From contig CP136572.1 of NCBI GenBank assembly GCA_035193785.1, positions 736,001-800,000 on the forward strand: 64,000 nucleotides of DNA. The letters are read 5' to 3'. The position numbers were made by a program, and so were the translations under genes. Positions 22,984 through 34,029 of this stretch are shown here, piece after piece. Numbering within the stretch: the stretch's first letter is position 1; every line of letters begins with the position of its first letter. The stretch comes from Planktothrix sp. GU0601_MAG3 (lineage in GTDB: Bacteria > Cyanobacteriota > Cyanobacteriia > Cyanobacteriales > Microcoleaceae). The notes under the pieces were generated by a model. The model did no database searches and was not told the DNA's origin. It worked only from the letters and a program-made list of their open reading frames with translations.

Positions 22984-23213
22984 GTATTAACGCGGATATC
23001 GCTGTATTAGGGTTCTAACCATGAGGGAGTCCTAAAGGACTCACTACGGTATTAACGGGGATATCGTTGTATTAGGGATCGAACCATGAGGGAGTCCTGA
23101 AGGACTCACTACGGTATTAACGGGGATATCGTTGTATTAGGGATCGAACCATGAGGGAGTCCTGAAGGACTCACTACGGTATTAACGGGGATATCGCTGC
23201 ATTAAGGCTCGTA
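22984..23213. repeat. 65-bp tandem repeat x3 plus partial; unit = copy of lipA 3' end + GTAG-type hairpin
   Basis: Units start at 22984, 23049, 23114 and 23179; contain the GAGTCC-TGAA-GGACTC hairpin followed by ACTAC. Confidence 0.9.
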
Positions 23214-24052
23214 CCTGTTCGGCGTGGTAGGAACTGCGGGTTAAGGGAGAAGCCACCACCTGTAAGAAACCGATAGACTCACCAAAATCCCGCCAAGTAT
23301 CAAATTGTTCAGGGGGGATAAATCCCGCAACGGCTAAATGTTTGGGTGTGGGTTGGAGATATTGACCCAAGGTTAAAATATCACAATCAACGGCCCGTAA
23401 GTCCTCCATGGCCTCTCGAACTTCGGCATCGGTTTCACCCAGTCCCACCATTAACCCAGATTTAGTATAAACCCCAGGTGTTAGTTGGCGCGATCGCTTT
23501 AATAACTCCAAACTGCGCTGATAGTCACCTTGGGGACGAACCCGACGATACAGCCGTTTGATGGTTTCGGTATTGTGGTTGAGAAACTTCCGGTTTCGCT
23601 TGCAAAATTATTTCCAAGGCGTCCCAATTTCCACACAAATCGGGAATTAAGACCTCAATAGTCGTTTGGGGAGAGAGCGATCGCACCCCGTCAATACACC
23701 GAACAAACTGGGAGGCGCCGCCATCGGGTAGGTCATCCCGGTTGACAGAAGTGATCACAACATGATTCAAGTTCATGCGTCGTACCGCTTCCGCCAGTCT
23801 TTCCGGTTCAGTAATATCTAGGGGTTGGGGTTTTTTCTCAAAATCAATATCACAGTAGGGACAAGCCCGGGTACAGGCTGGCCCCATAATTAGAAATGTG
23901 GCGGTTCCCGCATTGAAGCATTCCCCAATATTGGGACAGGAGGCTTCCTCACAGACGGTGTTTAAGCCTAAATCCCGCAAAATCCCTTTAACGTTGCCAA
24001 CACGCTCCCATTGAGGGGCTTTGACTCGTAACCAGTCCGGCTTGACTACCAC
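23182..24052 (-). CDS. lipA: Lipoyl synthase (1 apparent frameshift at 23583-23587)
   Basis: [39 protein letters not shown] and RSSYHA motifs. Confidence 0.95.
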
Positions 24053-24144
24053 GGGCTTACCTTTTCCTAATAAATTCACATCTTGATAGATCCTAACTGA
24101 TCTTTTATGTGTTATACTGACTAACGGTGTCTTAATTAAGGCAT

Positions 24145-24221
<77 letters not shown>

Positions 24222-24647
24222 TTATTTGCGCGAATGGTCTAACCCCGCCTTGACCCAGTTAATACAATCCTGTTCGGAAGTAAAGAGTTTAGGGGCCGCA
24301 ACATTATTTAGACTGTAGGATTTGTAGTGATCATAATAGTATTTTCCGCTCTCTTTATAAATTAAAATCAAATCATTTTGATAGGTATATCGACATTGAA
24401 AATAATCCCCATTAGGAACAATATCAGAATGTTTATCTAAATGATCCAGGGCGATTTCAATAATTTTTTCCAGTTGACTACAATAAAGATCCGCCGGATT
24501 CTCTAATTTGTGGAATTTTCCTTTATGCCCCAATTGGGATAATAAAATATAGGAATAAATCTTTTTATCACTCACAGTGACTCGAACAAAGGGAATAATT
24601 AAATGCCCCTGGGAAGAAATAGATTTTTCGTATAAAAAGCGATCCAT
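24222..24647 (-). CDS. Conserved hypothetical protein
   Basis: 141-aa ORF, LYEKSISSQGHLIIPF...YDHY....LNNVAAPKLF. Confidence 0.7.
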   Translation of the reverse strand: MDRFLYEKSISSQGHLIIPFVRVTVSDKKIYSYILLSQLGHKGKFHKLENPADLYCSQLEKIIEIALDHLDKHSDIVPNGDYFQCRYTYQNDLILIYKESGKYYYDHYKSYSLNNVAAPKLFTSEQDCINWVKAGLDHSRK

Positions 24648-24662
24648 ATTGATAATAAAAAG

Positions 24663-25043
24663 TTAGGAACTAACGATCATCTTAGACAGAAATTGAGTAA
24701 TTAACCGGGATCGGAAACTGGACTGATGATACAGAGAAGACTGATATAAAACCTTTTCTTGATGGGTCATCAGGGTACAGTCTGAACGGGGATACGCGAC
24801 ACAGGTTACAGTATACCCCATGGCAATTTCCCCAGGACGGAGAAATTTTTGTTCACTTTGATCCACTTGACCCTGGAGGAGTTTAGCCACACAAGCGGAA
24901 CAATCTCCCTGTTTACATCCTGATGGTAGACGAATCCCATTGTCTTCTGCAATATCGAGAATATATTGGTCATCAGGAACTGTAATTGTACAATCTAAAC
25001 CTTCAGCTTCGTTAATCAGGCGGACTTGATAAACCATGATCAT
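24663..25043 (-). CDS. Plant-type [2Fe-2S] ferredoxin
   Basis: GCKQGDCSAC...VDQSEQ.FL...TCVAYPRSDC; start and true stop uncertain. Confidence 0.88.
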   Translation of the reverse strand: MIMVYQVRLINEAEGLDCTITVPDDQYILDIAEDNGIRLPSGCKQGDCSACVAKLLQGQVDQSEQKFLRPGEIAMGYTVTCVAYPRSDCTLMTHQEKVLYQSSLYHQSSFRSRLITQFLSKMIVSS

Positions 25044-25217
25044 AAAAATTTGACTCAATTATATTTCAGATTTAGCTTGGTTTTAAATTATAAAAGCAGG
25101 AGGAGACGATTAAAACAACGAGTTCCCAAAACCAAACAACCCCAAGGTTAATCATAATGATGATCCCAGTATATTCTTGATATTTTTTTGAATAAAACCT
25201 AATTTAAACATTTTTTT

Positions 25218-27060
25218 ATGCGCCCTTTAAGTCTTCGACCGTCAATTAACTATTTACCCAGAGAACAGTTTAAACTAAATCTGAAATTATTGATCCTGCT
25301 ATGGCAATTTTTTCGCCTTCAGCATATTCAAGTCTACTCCCAATTATTTGCTAGTTTAATTCTAGCAGTACAAATTAATTGTGTCTTAACTGCGGTGAGT
25401 CGTCCTCTGTTGGCTCAAATTCCAGAGTCCTTACCCTCCGAGCGTTTCTATTGTCCCAATTCCTCCTCAACCTGGACTCCCAGAACCCCAACTTCCTGAA
25501 ACTTTACCCCCAACAGAACCCTTGTTTTCCCCATCGGTTCCCACGCCCACAACTCCAGACAATATTCCAGATAGTCCCAATACTATTAATATAGAACGCT
25601 TTAATTTTGACGGGAATACGGTTTTTTCTGATCAAAAATTAGCGGAAATCACCAAGGATTTTGTCGGTCGCCCGATTACTTTTACGGAATTATTGCAAGC
25701 CCGCTCGGCGGTAATAGATTTATATATTAAGCAGGGTTATATTACCTCCGGTGCATTTATTCCGGCTCAAACCTTAACCAATGGAATTGTTACTATTGCA
25801 ATTTTAGAAGGGAAAGTCACAGAGATTAATATTAAAGGAAAAGGACGTTTAAACCCCAACTATATTAAAAGTCGGTTAGAATTAGTAACTCAGAAACCCT
25901 TTAATCAAAACCATCTGTTACAGGCTTTACAATTGCTACAACTTGATCCGGTGGTGAAAACGATTTCGGCGGAATTGGCGGCGGGAATTCAACCCGGGGA
26001 AAGTATTCTAAATGTTGAATTTCAAACGGCAAAAACCTTTGATCTGAGTTTATTTACCAATAATAATCGGTCTCCGGCGGTGGGATCTTGGCAACGGGGA
26101 ATTGAAGTAGAAGAAGGGAATTTATTAGGACAGGGCGATCGCTTGGCATTGTCTTATAGTAATACTCAAGGAAGTAGTATTGGGGATATTTTATATACCT
26201 TTCCCCTGACATCTCGTAATGCTACATTAGGATTTTATTTTAACTCGACCAATAGCCAAATTATTGAACCCCCTTTTGACGATTTAGATATTAGGGCGAA
26301 TAGTCGGACGTATGAATTGCGATTTCGCCAACCAATTATCCGCACCCCAACGCAGGAATTAGCATTAGGATTAACCCTTGCCCGTCAGGAAAGTGATACA
26401 AGTATTTTAGGAGTGGGTTTTCCCCTATCTCGGGGGGCTGAGGAGGATGGAAAAACCCGACTTTCAATTGTGCGGTTTTTTCAAGAATATACGAACCAGG
26501 GGCCAAAACAGGTCTTGGCGGCGCGATCGCAACTCAGTTTTGGGGTAGGATTATTAGATGCCACCCTCAGTTCTGATCAACCCGATAGTAAATATTTTGC
26601 TTGGCGCGGTCAAGCCCAATGGGTGCGTTTATTAGCGCCTGACACGATTTTTTTACTCCGTTCTGATATTCAACTCACCAACCAAGAATTACTAGCTTTA
26701 GAACAGATGGGACTGGGGGGTTTAGAGAGTGTGCGAGGGTATCGTCAAGATGTTTTGTTACGCGATAATGTGATATTTGCCTCCGCAGAATTGCGTTATC
26801 CAATTTTGAGAACTAAAAATGGTGCAGGTCTCCTCCAACTTACACCTTTTATAGATTTTGGTCAGGCTTGGAATGCGCCCGGAGAATTGGCATTACCCGA
26901 TCGCACATTATTATCAATTGGGTTAGGATTAAAGTGGCAATATGGCGATCGAATAACCGCACAGATTGACTGGGGTATTCCCTTAATTAAATTAGAGTCT
27001 AGTGATCGCAGTTTACAGGAACAAGGGATTTATTTCCTATTCAATTGGAAACCCTTCTAA
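25218..27060 (+). CDS. ShlB/FhaC/HecB (TpsB, Omp85) family outer-membrane transporter (1 apparent frameshift at 25444-25448)
   Basis: POTRA GNTVFS...YIKQGYITSGA, VRGY motif, C-terminal aromatic beta strand ending in F; start uncertain. Confidence 0.85.
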
Positions 27061-27063
27061 ACC

Positions 27064-27088
27064 CGTAGTAAGCCCTTCAGGGCTTTCT
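27064..27088 (+). repeat. GTAG-type REP-like hairpin / possible terminator
   Basis: CGTAGTAAGCCCTTCAGGGCTTT directly after the stop codon; same architecture as the hairpins at 22984-23178. Confidence 0.55.
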
Positions 27089-27357
27089 CACCCAAAACTC
27101 TGTAGAGTTAAATTAATTGTCATATCGAATTTCAGTATAATAGATAACAATTAATTGCAGCAAAAAATCATAATTTTTCAATGAGATTCCCCGGTTGCGG
27201 TGGGAATTTTCCAGAAAAAGGCTCAATTAATGGACAAACTCCGGCAATTAATTATACAATGGAGGGTAACACCCCTCATCAGGGTAATATTCAATTTTAT
27301 TGAATTCAGATCTTCCATCTTGTATAAACAAATGGAGTTTTCCTAACCCAATTTTGA

Positions 27358-29498
27358 TTGAGGGAGTGTCAAATCGTGGACAAACAAGTTCAACCCACTA
27401 CTATTTCCAACCCTTCTGACCCTCCAGGGACTGGGTTCGGTGCCCCGAATTCCGCCGACTCTAATCCCGATCATTTCCGTCGCTTCGTGGAATATCTGCC
27501 GACGGCCATGGCCATGGTTGACCCGCAACTGCGATATTTGGCCGTATCCCGCCAATGGCAACAGGACTATGGCGGAGAAAATATGAATTTAATTGGTTCG
27601 GCCCATCAACAATGGTTTCCCCATTTACCGGAAATTTGGTATCAGAATGCCGAACAATCTTTGGAGGGGAAATTGCCCCGTTGGGAATTGGAAACCTACC
27701 ACCCCGTAGCCCAGGGTTTTCTATTCAGTGGAATAAATGGGTAGTTCAACCTTGGCAAACCGCATCGGGGGAGATTGGCGGGTTAATTTTGTATTTGGAA
27801 GTAATTACGCCTCAAAAACAATTACAAGAAAAATTACAACTGACTCAAAAGGCATTTGATCAGGCGGCAACGGCTATTTTTTGGATGACTTTAGAAGGTA
27901 ATTTTTGCTATGTGAATCAATCCGCCTGTCGGATGTTGGGCTATACGGAAAGCGAATTACTGCAACTGAATGTTCATAATATTGATCCCGATTTAACTAC
28001 CGTGGTTTGGCAGGAATATTGCCAAGAATTAAAGCGAAAAGGATCATTAACCTTTGAGTCCAGCTATCAAAGAAAATCCGGTTCTATTTTCCCGGTTAAT
28101 TTTAAGATTAATTATTTAGAATTAGAGTCCTCCGATCCGACTTTAACCGTTGAAACCGAATTCGGTGCAGTTTCCGTTCCTGGTCTGCCCTTAATTTGTG
28201 GTTTTGCCTATGATATTTCCGAACAAAAATCCACTTCCTCTGCCATTTTAGCCTCAAAAGATCAATTGGAAGCGGTATTAAATGCCGTCCCCGGGTTAGT
28301 TTCTTGGATTAGTTCCGATTTGAAATATTTAGGGGTGAATCGCCACTTAGCCAATTCCTACAATGTTCCGGCGGAAACCTTCATTGGGAAAGAGGTGGGA
28401 TTTCTCCAAACCAGCCCAGAATTTAATCAATTTGTCTATGAATTTTTTGCTCAAGATAATTGGAAAAGTTCCCGGGAATTGACAGCAAATGTCCGAGGAT
28501 TTCCCTGTACTTATTTGATTGTCGCCCAAAAATATCACCGAGGTTCGGCGGCGGTTTTTGTCGGTTTAGATATTACGGAACGTCAACAAATGGAGCAAGC
28601 ACTGAGGTGCAGTGAAGAACAAGAAGCGAAACGACGAGCCGAATTAGAAATCATTTTAACTCAACTTCAACGCACCCAAACCCAACTAATTCAAACCGAA
28701 AAAATGTCATCTTTGGGGCAGTTGGTGGCGGGAATTGCCCATGAAATTAATAATCCCGTGAGTTTTATTTCGGGAAATATTGTTCATGCTAAAAATTATA
28801 TTGAAGATTTAATGAATTTAGTTACTTTATATCAACAGTATTATCCTGAAATTATTCCTGAAATTGCCGATGAGATAGAAGAAGTTAATTTGAGCTTTTT
28901 AAAGCAGGATTTACCCCGGATGTTAGAGTCGATGAAAGTGGGAGCAGAACGAATTAGAGATGTGGTGCGATCGCTGCGTCATTTCACCCGTTTAGATGAA
29001 TCTCAAATGAAGTTTGTCGATATTCATGAAGGGTTAGATAGTACAATATTAATCTTACAAAATCGTCTGCAAGCAAAGGCCGGAAGATCGGGTATTACTT
29101 TAGTGAAAGAATATAGTGCGTTACCCAAAGTAGGTTGCTATGCGGGACAACTAAATCAAGTGTTTATGAATTTACTTACCTACACCATTGATCGTTTAGA
29201 AGCTACCAGTTTGAAGGATGATTTAGTCGATCAACCTAAGATTATCATTCGTACCTATTTAGATAATAAAAATACCGTGGCTATTTCGATTGCGGATAAT
29301 GGAATTGGGATGTCGGAAATAGAAAGGAAAAGTATTTTTGATCCGTTTATTCCCCCACAATTACAGGGAAAAGGTACCAGTTTAGGATTATCAATTGCTT
29401 ATCATTTAGTCACGGACAAACACCACGGGGAACTCACCTGTTTTTCAGCATTAGGAACCGGAACTAACTTTTTAATTGAAATTCCTTTGGGGAATTAG
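27358..29498 (+). CDS. Multi-PAS sensor histidine kinase (1 apparent frameshift near 27716-27721)
   Basis: Three PAS-like domains, EKMSSLGQLVAGIAHEINNP H-box, IADNGIGM G1 box. Confidence 0.88.
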
Positions 29499-29553
29499 AC
29501 CGGATTTAAAATATACAGGGAATGGGGGTATTGCTGAATTAAAGTATAAAAAA

Positions 29554-30150
29554 TTATTGCCAAATTTCCGTTAAATCTAATATGAATCCGGGTAGGATAT
29601 CTTCACCAGATAAACTCAAAGGTTGTTGTATAATTTCTATATCCTGATTTGGTCGATAAATACTAACGGTTTGATGTTTTCGGTCAATTAACCAACCCAA
29701 ACGCACACCATTATCTATATATTCTTGCATTTTCTCTTGCAGTGCATTTAAACTATCGGTTTTGGAGCGTAATTCTAAGACAAAATCAGGAGATAAGGGG
29801 GGAAATCCTTCCTGTTGTTCAAGGGTGAGTTGATCCCATCTTTCCTGACGTATCCAGGCAGCATCGGGGGAACGATTTGCACCATTAGGAAATAGAAACC
29901 CTGTGGAAGAATTAAAGACTTGACCGAGTTTGGTTTGACGATTCCATAACCATAACTGTCCTTCGAGATCAATATTTTTTTTCCCTGTAATTCCTCCGGT
30001 GGGTGGCATAACCATTAATTCTCCATTAACAGTTCTTTCTAACTTTAAATCTCGGTTAGCGATCGCAATTTCCTTAAATTGTTCAGGAGTTACGGTTAAT
30101 TGAACCGTCGAGGGAATATTAACAGGTAATGTAGAGGATGATAGTACCAT
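29554..30150 (-). CDS. Uma2 family (DUF820) endonuclease-like protein
   Basis: GELMVMPP, FNSSTGF, RSPDAAW, PDFVLELRS, KMQEY..NGVRLGWLID motifs. Confidence 0.92.
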   Translation of the reverse strand: MVLSSSTLPVNIPSTVQLTVTPEQFKEIAIANRDLKLERTVNGELMVMPPTGGITGKKNIDLEGQLWLWNRQTKLGQVFNSSTGFLFPNGANRSPDAAWIRQERWDQLTLEQQEGFPPLSPDFVLELRSKTDSLNALQEKMQEYIDNGVRLGWLIDRKHQTVSIYRPNQDIEIIQQPLSLSGEDILPGFILDLTEIWQ

Positions 30151-30357
30151 CGTTTTATCCTTAAACTTTAATTCCTATTATAAACCCCCCTCAAATCAAA
30201 AAAGGGGGAGACGGGAAGCTTAGGATCGAAGTCTCCCCCTGCCCCCCTGCTCCCCTGCTCCCCCCCTACGGGGCATTTCGGGGATAATTTAGCTTCTTCC
30301 GCAAGAAGCCCCACGACTGACCCGATAGGGCAGCGTGGGATGAATTGCGGTCAGGGA

Positions 30358-30777
30358 TTATCGGAAACAATCAGGTTGATTTTGATTCTCGATATATCGT
30401 CTCAGGGTTGAAATAGTTATTCCACCGCAACTTGCAACAAAATAAGAACCATTCCAAAAAACATCTTTCCAATAAAAAGAGCTTAAATAATCAGAGAATT
30501 CTTGCCTGAGTTTTCGAGATGTCACGGATTTGAGGTTGTTAACTAAATTACTCAGAGCAATATCTGGATGATATTGAAAAAGAAGATGAACATGATCATC
30601 TTCACCATTAAACTCAATTAATTTACAATCCCACTTTTGGAGTAATTCTTCAAGGATTTCATGCAGCCGATTCAGCATTTCAAGAGTAAAAACCCTCCGT
30701 CTGTATTTGGTCGTCAAAACCAAGTGAACCTTTAGATCGCTAACAGATCTACCTTTGCTGACAAAATCATTTTTCAT
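30358..30777 (-). CDS. tnpA: IS200-type Y1 HUH transposase
   Basis: HLVLTTKYRR, DHVHLL (HUH), FWNGSYF and catalytic YIENQ motifs. Confidence 0.93.
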   Translation of the reverse strand: MKNDFVSKGRSVSDLKVHLVLTTKYRRRVFTLEMLNRLHEILEELLQKWDCKLIEFNGEDDHVHLLFQYHPDIALSNLVNNLKSVTSRKLRQEFSDYLSSFYWKDVFWNGSYFVASCGGITISTLRRYIENQNQPDCFR

Positions 30778-30855
30778 GATTCCCCACATTTTAAAACTTG
30801 TGCTATAGTCAGTGTATAGTAAAATCATAACACCCAACCTAGGAGGTGATTCAAA

Positions 30856-32068
30856 GTGCTGAAGGTTACAAAGGTTAGGCTCTATCCAACAGCCGAACAG
30901 GAATTGGCGTTAGCCAAGTCATTTGGTTGTGCAAGATGGTATTGGAATTTTGCCTTAAATGCCTGTATTCAGCACTATCAAGAAACTGGCAAAAGCCTAA
31001 AATTAGCATCTTATAAAGGAATGCTCCCTCAACTCAAAAAAGAATATCCTTGGCTCAAAGAAGATTGCTACTCATCGGTTTCTCCAATCTGTAGCTATAA
31101 ACTTAGATAGAGCTTACAAAAACTTTTTTGAGGGACGAGCTAAATTTCCTAATTTCAAATCTAAACATCACAAGCAATCAATTCAGTATCCTCAAAGTGT
31201 TACTGTTAACGGTGAATATCTAAAAGTCCCTAAGATTGGTGAAATTAAAGCGATATTTCACCGAGAAATTACGGGGAAAATTAAAACAGTAACAATCTCC
31301 AAAACTTCGACCGATAAATACTTTGCTTCCCTCTTATGTGAGGTAGAAGGAACTGACGTTAAACAGTCGGGAGACAACATTATTGGGATTGATTTAGGGT
31401 TGAAAGATTTCGCAATTATTCACAATGGAGAGAATGCAACTAAATACGCCAACCCTAAACATTTATATCGTCATCAGAAAAATTTAGCCCAAAAACAGAA
31501 AAAACTCTCTCGAAAAACTAAAGGTAGTAAATCGAGAGAGAAATTTAGAAAAACTGTAGCTAAGGTTCATGAGAAAATCACCAATTCCCGCCAAGATTTC
31601 TTACATAAATTATCAAGAAAATTGGTAAACGAAAGCCAAGTCATTGTCGTTGAAAACCTCAATGTCAAGGGAATGGTTAAAAACCGGAAGCTATCAAAAG
31701 CAATATCTGATGTGAGTTGGGGAAAATTCGTCAACTTTATTGATTACAAGTTAAAGCAAAAAAGTGGTGAACTTGTAGAAATTGATCGCTTTTTCCCTAG
31801 TTCCAAAACCTGCTCCTGTTGTGGTCATATCCTAGATGAATTATCTCTGGATATCAGAGAATGGGATTGTCCAAATTGCCATACTCACCATGACCGTGAC
31901 GAAAACGCTGCGCTTAACATCAGGAATGAAGGAATCAGGATATTAACTGAAGGCGGAGGGAACCCCGTCTTTGCCGATGGAGGCTGTGTAAGTCTACCTG
32001 CTTGTAAAAGTAAGGGGCATCGGTCTGTGAATTCGGAAGCCTACACCGACCCGATTAGGGCGGTGTAG
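30856..32068 (+). CDS. tnpB: RNA-guided endonuclease TnpB (1 apparent frameshift at 31078-31082)
   Basis: HTH KVRLYPT..Q...FGCAR; RuvC IGIDLGLKDF, VVENLNV, HDRDENAA; Zn finger CSCCG...CPNC. Confidence 0.93.
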
Positions 32069-32083
32069 GTAGTTCACGGATAT

Positions 32084-33653
32084 CTAATCTCTCTGGGCAA
32101 TTAAGGGAGATTTTTTCAGATGAGCAACGCTTTTTGTTTTCACCAATACATTGTCAAACATGGTGCTATGAGTAACAGCTTCGGTGGATAAGGTAAATAA
32201 CGGATTCGATAAAATCCCCGCTAAAGAAGTTGCTACCAAAGTTAAAACTAAACCCACTTGTAGGGGACGCATTCCGGGTAAATTCCACTGGACTGCGGGA
32301 TAGTTTTTCACCACATCGGACATTTCTTGGGGTTCTTTGACCACCATCATTTTCACGACTCGAATATAATAATAAATCGAGATCACACTGGTGACTAACC
32401 CCAACAGCACTAAGGTATATAAACCCGCTTGCCAACCTGCCCAAAATAGGTAAATTTTGCCAAAAAATCCAGCTAACGGTGGAATACCACCCAGGGATAA
32501 TAGACAAATACTTAAACATAGGGTTAATAGGGGATCTTTTTGATACAATCCGCTATATTCACTAATTTGATCGGTTCCAGTTCTCAGGGAGAATAGAATC
32601 ACACAAATAAAGCCACCCAAGTTCATAAACAGATAAATCAACAGGTAAAATACCATGCTGGAATATCCCGCCTCAGTTTCCGGCAATTAACCCAATCATC
32701 ACAAACCCCGCTTGGGCAATGGAAGAATAGGCTAACATCCGTTTCATGCCCGTTTGCGCCAAGGCGACCACGTTTCCTAAGATCATACTCAGGATGGCTA
32801 GGGCGGTGAACACAAACCGCCATTCATCGGCAACGGAGGGAAAGGCGTTAATTAGTAAACGAATTGCTAGGGCAAATCCCGCGGCTTTGGAACCGACGGA
32901 TAAAAATGCCACCACCGGAGTTGGTGAACCTTCATAAACATCCGGTGTCCATTGGTGAAAGGGAACCGCAGAAATTTTAAAGGAAATTCCGGCAATCACG
33001 AAAACCAAAGCGATGACTACCCCTAGGGATTCGCCATTGGAGCGAGCCAAAACCTCGGCAATTTTGGTTAAATTGGTTTGACCGCCCGAGAGTCCATATA
33101 ATAGGGATAAACCATAAAGAAATACGGCGGAACTGGCGGCTCCAATTAATAAATATTTCAACGCAGCTTCATTAGAACGGGGGTCACGTTTGGTATATCC
33201 TGTTAATAAATAAGAGGAGATACTTAAGGTTTCCAAAGCCACAAAAATAGTGACTAATTCATTCGCCCCGGAGAGAAACATCGCCCCTAAAGTTGCGGTT
33301 AATAGAATGGCGATAAATTCCGCTAGGGCGGTTCCCGTCTGTTCAATGTAGCGAATCGACATTAAAATAGTGACGGCTGAACACACGGCAATAATGCCCC
33401 GAAACACGATGCTCAGATCATCGCCATTGAAACTGCCTAGGAAGGAGATGGTATTCTGACTGTCCCATTGAGTGTACAACACCCCCACGGCAATCAGTAA
33501 ACCTACGATCGCCACATAGGGCGTCCACAGGGCAGACCGACTGCGCCCGACAATTAAATCACCCACCAACACCACCAAGAGGGTGACAATCACAATCCCC
33601 TCTGGCCAGATAATCCCAGCATTCAACTGGGCTGCAAGAGTCGAAAAATCCAT
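32084..33653 (-). CDS. ndhB: NAD(P)H-quinone oxidoreductase (NDH-1) subunit 2/N (1 apparent frameshift at 32676-32680)
   Basis: [44 protein letters not shown] and [12 protein letters not shown] motifs. Confidence 0.95.
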
Positions 33654-33857
33654 AGTCTAACCTAAATGGATAATACCGTTTACAATCGATGGGACTTTGA
33701 GAATTCCTCTCAATTCCCAATAATTTGACCACGTTTTAACATCAGTTTAAGGATAGCAGACAGGGGCATCCGTTGTCGGTTAAGAGCCAATAGAGCCCAA
33801 AATCTGCGGTTAATTTAACTATGAATTAGAATTGATAGCGCTGAAGCACAACAACCA

Positions 33858-33990
33858 TAGCAATCCTATTTGAGTTGTGTTCAAAATTCCTGATCAAAAG
33901 GGAACAGGGAACAGGGAACAGGGAACGGGGGTAATACTTCTGACTGTTTCATATAAGTATTGAAATGTTACAACCTATTTAGGATTGCTA
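33858..33990. mobile_element. MITE-like element with 21-bp imperfect TIRs enclosing GGGAACA STRR
   Basis: TAGCAATCCTATTTGAGTTGT ... ACAACCTATTTAGGATTGCTA (17/21 complementary). Confidence 0.65.
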
Positions 33991-34029
33991 TATTTGGTGT
34001 TTAAACACAACAACGGCATAACAACGGGG

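Larger units (their letters stand above)
30302..32077. mobile_element. IS200/IS605-family element (IS605 group, divergent tnpA and tnpB)
   Basis: Related subterminal hairpins GAAGCCCCACGACTGACCCGATAGGGCAGCGTGGG (left) and GAAGCCTACACCGACCCGATTAGGGCGGTGTAGG (right); right end ...GTAGTTCAC; left boundary approximate. Confidence 0.9.

Noticed and set aside
22984..23213. CRISPR array
   Set aside because: The would-be spacers are near-identical copies of the lipA end, and no cas genes are present
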